From a virus (Duplodnaviria; Caudoviricetes): a DNA stretch of 64,000 nt. Location of the stretch: the IMG/VR virus record IMGVR_UViG_3300031998_000004, one strand, 5' to 3'. Made by a program: the position numbers and the translations under genes. The notes beneath the pieces were generated by a model. The model was not told the origin of the DNA. It saw nothing but the letters and a program-made list of their open reading frames with translations, and did no database searches. Shown piece by piece: positions 59,971-64,000 of this stretch (within the stretch, counting starts at the first letter, position 1; each line of letters opens with the position of its first letter).

Positions 59971-60422
59971 TGTATATACTTTTCTCGAAGCTCTTTATAC
60001 TTTTCTCGAAACTCTTGAACTTGTTTTGCAACAAGATCTAAAGTCTCTTCTGGTATTTGAAGAACTATGTGTTGTAATTGTAAGTTCCCTCGTAATCTGT
60101 AACTTACTATCAAGTATTCTTGTATAAGTGGTTTCGAATTATCCTGTTCTTTACATATGTCGTATTCAATCAGGTTGGCAAAAGGTCCTTTCCAATCGGT
60201 TGGTGGAGTGGGCTCTGTACATAAATTCGACATATATTGATCTAGGACATACGACAGAAACCCTGAAGGACTAACCGCAGGCGGTGAAGTTAGTTGAGGT
60301 TCATTCATATACACATCCACAAGTCTATTAAATTCTTGTTGGATTTGTATCCCTACGTTATCAACCACATACGGGCTATATCCCAAGTCCTTTGAAACTA
60401 TATCTTTATCGAATAGGCTCAT
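59967..60422 (-). CDS. MSIFD-motif family protein
   Basis: MSLFDKDIV. Confidence 0.7.
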   Translation of the reverse strand: MSLFDKDIVSKDLGYSPYVVDNVGIQIQQEFNRLVDVYMNEPQLTSPPAVSPSGFLSYVLDQYMSNLCTEPTPPTDWKGPFANLIEYDICKEQDNSKPLIQEYLIVSYRLRGNLQLQHIVLQIPEETLDLVAKQVQEFREKYKELREKYIQ

Positions 60423-60781
60423 ATCGTTTGTAGTGGAGTAAACTTAAAATTATAAAGTTCTGTATGTATTGGCCCTTCAAGATTCTGTTTATAATACCGG
60501 ATATCAACAACAATATCTAATCCCGCATGTCCATATTTGTGTGGAAGGAGTGTAATGTGGAAGTCATTAACGTCTAAATCATTTCTTTCAAAAACCTGCT
60601 CATAATTACTTCTAACCAAATTCCGCAATATTTCTTCCATAAAAACAATTCCCCAGAACTTACCTTTGACCACATAATCATTAATCCATATTGCCATCTG
60701 TGCATGGATATGTTTCTTTATTTCCTCAAACATCTCTTCTACGGAAGTTTTGTTGGATATGTTTTCGCTAAATATACTCAT
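60419..60781 (-). CDS. MSIFD-motif family protein
   Basis: Start at MSIFSENI. Confidence 0.7.
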   Translation of the reverse strand: MSIFSENISNKTSVEEMFEEIKKHIHAQMAIWINDYVVKGKFWGIVFMEEILRNLVRSNYEQVFERNDLDVNDFHITLLPHKYGHAGLDIVVDIRYYKQNLEGPIHTELYNFKFTPLQTI

Positions 60782-60783
60782 AT

Positions 60784-61278
60784 TCAATACAAATAGAAAT
60801 AGGAATAATTCCAATCTGTGACTTTTTCTTTTAGACAATTCATATCCTTATCGAAACGAAGAATTACTTCGCCTGTGGGTTCACATGAGCTCTCAATTTC
60901 ATCTTTCATTCGTTGACGAGCTTCTGATATTTCAGCCCAACCAAGAGTATTCATTTTGTGTGAGTAACGCGCCCTGATATGTTCTTCCTGACTATCAGAA
61001 ACTTTAATTACAATGTAAAGTTCTCCGTCTATATATCGGTATTTTCCAAAAGAACCAATATAAGCGTCAGCGTCAGGCACATACAAATTATATTTTGGTA
61101 AGAGTTCATAACACCAATCATTAATTTTGTTGTAATTAAGATTTGCTCTGTTATTATCTCTGTTTCTGATAAAATATGATTTGTATGAGTCAATCTTTGC
61201 TCTCAAAGCAAGCATAAACTGAAACTTTCTTTTTACGTCTAACCGACGTTCAATTATGTTTTCACTAAATAACCCCAT
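60784..61278 (-). CDS. MSIFD-motif family protein
   Basis: MGLFSENI. Confidence 0.7.
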   Translation of the reverse strand: MGLFSENIIERRLDVKRKFQFMLALRAKIDSYKSYFIRNRDNNRANLNYNKINDWCYELLPKYNLYVPDADAYIGSFGKYRYIDGELYIVIKVSDSQEEHIRARYSHKMNTLGWAEISEARQRMKDEIESSCEPTGEVILRFDKDMNCLKEKVTDWNYSYFYLY

Positions 61279-61281
61279 ATC

Positions 61282-61728
61282 TTAAATCGTCCACCATTCG
61301 TGTTTAAGTTTTTCTATATTGTATTCCAACACCTTTCCATACTGATTAAGAACAATGTGGATGTTTCCATAGTTCTCCCAATAATTTTCATCACCGAAGC
61401 CGCTATAGTCATCCGTAGGGATAGTAATAAAGTAATACCCGTCTTTCCACTCAACCCAGGGATATTCTGTTTTATAGTCAAACCTCCTATCTTTGGGATC
61501 ATACATCTGTCCTTCGACACATAATATATTATTATATTTTGTGCTATTCTTAATACTTACAATATACATAAATATAAGATTACACACATTTGCTGGTCCA
61601 TGAGTCTTTCTTGTTGCAAGAATATCTTTGCGATGTGCCTGTAACTTATCAATCACACTAAAGCAAAACTGATCGATGAGAGGAACGTGTACTTCTTTCT
61701 CGATTATGTCACTATCAAATAGACTCAT
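61282..61728 (-). CDS. MSIFD-motif family protein
   Basis: MSLFDSDII. Confidence 0.7.
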   Translation of the reverse strand: MSLFDSDIIEKEVHVPLIDQFCFSVIDKLQAHRKDILATRKTHGPANVCNLIFMYIVSIKNSTKYNNILCVEGQMYDPKDRRFDYKTEYPWVEWKDGYYFITIPTDDYSGFGDENYWENYGNIHIVLNQYGKVLEYNIEKLKHEWWTI

Positions 61729-61776
61729 GTATTAAATCAACTTTATTGATCGATTCAAACTCTGTTTGAATTTATA

Positions 61777-62130
61777 TTAACAAAACTTCACAAAATATAT
61801 AGATTTTATTCTCCCGTTACTTCCCATTTGTATCTTCCACTTTACCCATACACCATACTTGCTATAGATGCGTTGTACTGTATTGTCAAGCGATTCTTGC
61901 CATGATTTGGGAAGATGCTTCATATTATGAAACATTTTTTTAATATCCTTTTTACTGTATGGTGGTGTATCAGAACTATCTACATCGATGAAATGACCAC
62001 TCGTACGATCCCACGCGGTTTGAAATCCGCGTCTCTTGAGGTATTCGCGAGCAAGAATGTCATAACAAACATTATTCCAATTGGTGTCTTTTGGAATAGA
62101 AGGGGTGATGTTATTAGTGAATATTCCCAT
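61777..62130 (-). CDS. MSIFD-motif family protein
   Basis: MGIFTNNI. Confidence 0.7.
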   Translation of the reverse strand: MGIFTNNITPSIPKDTNWNNVCYDILAREYLKRRGFQTAWDRTSGHFIDVDSSDTPPYSKKDIKKMFHNMKHLPKSWQESLDNTVQRIYSKYGVWVKWKIQMGSNGRIKSIYFVKFC

Positions 62131-62386
62131 TTGAGTATTTATCTATTAATTTATCAAGATTAGCAAATTCGATTTTTTTCCAATATCCGTGTCGTCTAAA
62201 TGGATCGACCCAATTAACATATACATCACTTTTTCTTAATTCTCCTATAATGTAATTCATTTTAGTGACACACATATTCTTATAAAGATCTCCATTCAGT
62301 TCATTGTATGTCTCCCCCCATCGTTTGAGATCAAGGAGTTTTTCAAGAACTGTTTCATTAGTTACGTTATCACCAAATATGCTCAT
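62114..62386 (-). CDS. MSIFD-motif family protein
   Basis: MSIFGDNVTN. Confidence 0.7.
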   Translation of the reverse strand: MSIFGDNVTNETVLEKLLDLKRWGETYNELNGDLYKNMCVTKMNYIIGELRKSDVYVNWVDPFRRHGYWKKIEFANLDKLIDKYSNGNIH

Positions 62387-62724
62387 AGACTAGGCACAGG
62401 AAGTTTAAGACAAAGAAACACATTATCTGGACTAGGAAGAAAGTCTTCTTGAGATTCTGAATAGATTATAGATAAGGAAATCCTCGAAAAACAATTCTCA
62501 TAAACTACATAATTCACAATTACCTCAGGATGATACATATTGAATTTATTAAAACGATATATCACCCCGCTCAGAGCGCGTTGGCAAGCTTTCTCGGTTT
62601 CTATTATATTCCCACCATTCTGTATAAAGAGAAGTTCAAAGTTATCAGTATACCACCTCTTGAGAAGATCATGAAACTTCTCCAACGGAGAAGGTGTAGT
62701 TATATTATCGTCAAATACACTCAT
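62383..62724 (-). CDS. MSIFD-motif family protein
   Basis: MSVFDDNI; PLEKF.D shared with the next gene. Confidence 0.7.
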   Translation of the reverse strand: MSVFDDNITTPSPLEKFHDLLKRWYTDNFELLFIQNGGNIIETEKACQRALSGVIYRFNKFNMYHPEVIVNYVVYENCFSRISLSIIYSESQEDFLPSPDNVFLCLKLPVPSL

Positions 62725-63125
62725 AAGACCGGTTTTTGATGAATATCAAAATTCATATGAAGGAATATTTTTGCTTTGTCGTGTACATATATAGTAGGGT
62801 CATCGCCGTAGTAAAGAGTGACTTCTATATAGTATTTAGATTCTCCCGGATGTCGATCATAACGAGTGTGAAATGTTAAATGAACCCATGGCTGATAAAT
62901 TTTATGCGCCTTGAACATGTCTTTGATCTTCTGCGATTCCCCTAACTCAGCGATACTATTTATATGTCCGTTAACCATAGCGTTAAATTCAGTTGCAGTC
63001 CATGATAGATTATAACTTGATTTTTCGTAGACGCAATAAAAATTTTCTTCGAGATAGGATTTTATAAAATCATAAAATTTCTCTAGCGGAGTTTTGTCTG
63101 TTATGTGTTCACTAAATACACTCAT
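62721..63125 (-). CDS. MSIFD-motif family protein
   Basis: MSVFSEHI. Confidence 0.7.
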   Translation of the reverse strand: MSVFSEHITDKTPLEKFYDFIKSYLEENFYCVYEKSSYNLSWTATEFNAMVNGHINSIAELGESQKIKDMFKAHKIYQPWVHLTFHTRYDRHPGESKYYIEVTLYYGDDPTIYVHDKAKIFLHMNFDIHQKPVL

Positions 63126-63490
63126 TTTATTATTCCATTTATACCAACATTAAACTCACAAAGATACTCTTGGTGTACATGCATGTCACCAGATGGTTTA
63201 GCATAATAAAAATATACAGTATATAGGGTTTTATGATTATGGCTGGTTTGAAATACTTCAAAACGATATATTTTTTCATCGTTATTTTTTGGATCACTGC
63301 TATAATCGTAGCTATAATCATAAAACAACAATCTTTTACATACTAATTCCTGCCTGATATAGTAATACATCAATTGTTCATCAGCATTGTAGCGTATCAT
63401 CTCTCTTGGAATGACTCTCCCTACAATCTCTTTACATTGATCGTAGAGTTCGTCAAGTGGGTGTTTGATATTATCACAAAACAGACTCAT
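63122..63490 (-). CDS. MSIFD-motif family protein
   Basis: MSLFCDNI; paralog of the next gene (F.VGINGII). Confidence 0.7.
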   Translation of the reverse strand: MSLFCDNIKHPLDELYDQCKEIVGRVIPREMIRYNADEQLMYYYIRQELVCKRLLFYDYSYDYSSDPKNNDEKIYRFEVFQTSHNHKTLYTVYFYYAKPSGDMHVHQEYLCEFNVGINGIIK

Positions 63491-63854
63491 CGATTATTCC
63501 ATTTATACCAACAGTAAATTGAGCAAGAGGTTTTCCTTGTTGCCCCCACAGATCATTAATAATTTCATCCAAAAAATAGAATCTTACTACATATGTGGGT
63601 ATTCCCCGAATATACGCTCCAGTCTTTACATCTACCTCACTGATTTTATTAATATCTGATGAATTTCTTTCGGGCCACCACCTATTTGCTAGCAACCCTA
63701 TACAGTTTAATTCGAACATTATATCTCGTTGCATTGTCTCACATCTACCATTATAATGCATCATATTACCGGGAATAATTGTTCGACATATATCTTTACA
63801 CGCGTCGTAGAGGTGGTCAATAGGAAGCTGAATATCTTTATCAAATATGCTCAT
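63474..63854 (-). CDS. MSIFD-motif family protein
   Basis: Start at MSIFDKDI. Confidence 0.7.
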   Translation of the reverse strand: MSIFDKDIQLPIDHLYDACKDICRTIIPGNMMHYNGRCETMQRDIMFELNCIGLLANRWWPERNSSDINKISEVDVKTGAYIRGIPTYVVRFYFLDEIINDLWGQQGKPLAQFTVGINGIIDESVL

Positions 63855-64000
63855 GTATTTAATTAACAATTAATACCGAAATATTTAAAGTATTGTTTCA
63901 CCACTTTCTCATCTATATGACTATATCGATCATATTGCTCCTTTTCCTTAAAATTACCAACCACTTTCTCCGGAGCACCAAGTAGGTATTTCATTATCCA

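Noticed and set aside
52614-63854. Array starts as a DNA-level recombination site (integron-like cassettes)
   Set aside because: Codons vary synonymously (AGT/AGC, TTT/TTC, plus GGG/GGA for Gly), genes overlap by ATGA, and there is no intergenic attC-like palindrome or integrase
1-64000. TAG-to-Gln recoding (code 15) as in Lak megaphages
   Set aside because: Long genes are intact in code 11, and TAG stops directly abut the next start (e.g. 36265, 54370, 53028)

Overview
64-kb segment of an AT-rich, gene-dense jumbo myovirus with distant T4-like (T4 supergroup) genes, in the standard genetic code. The host is probably Bacteroidota: most starts lack an SD and have AT-rich leaders, the SSB ends in DLPF, and BspA-type repeats are present. 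Contents: head-completion and baseplate genes; a family-B DNA polymerase split in two around a free-standing homing-endonuclease-like gene; nucleotide metabolism (dUTPase/dCTP deaminase, HPRT, ThyX-like, nucleoside 2-deoxyribosyltransferase); queD and queE; RNA repair (Pnkp and RNA ligase); a sigma factor; an S1-domain ribosomal-protein homologue; a DnaQ-like exonuclease; an SSB; and many small hypothetical genes. The most striking feature is that about 39 small, mostly dissimilar proteins share an N-terminal (S/G)-(I/L/V)-F-(D/S)-x-x-(I/L/V) peptide in two forms. In 13 it sits behind a T4-like MK(T/S)LxE leader, and in 26 it follows the initiator Met directly. Prohead-protease cleavage and Met removal respectively would expose the same free N-terminus, suggesting an undescribed phage protein-addressing or docking system (inference). 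No tRNA, rRNA, CRISPR array or reverse transcriptase was recognised. All family assignments are by eye from motifs; no database search was run.
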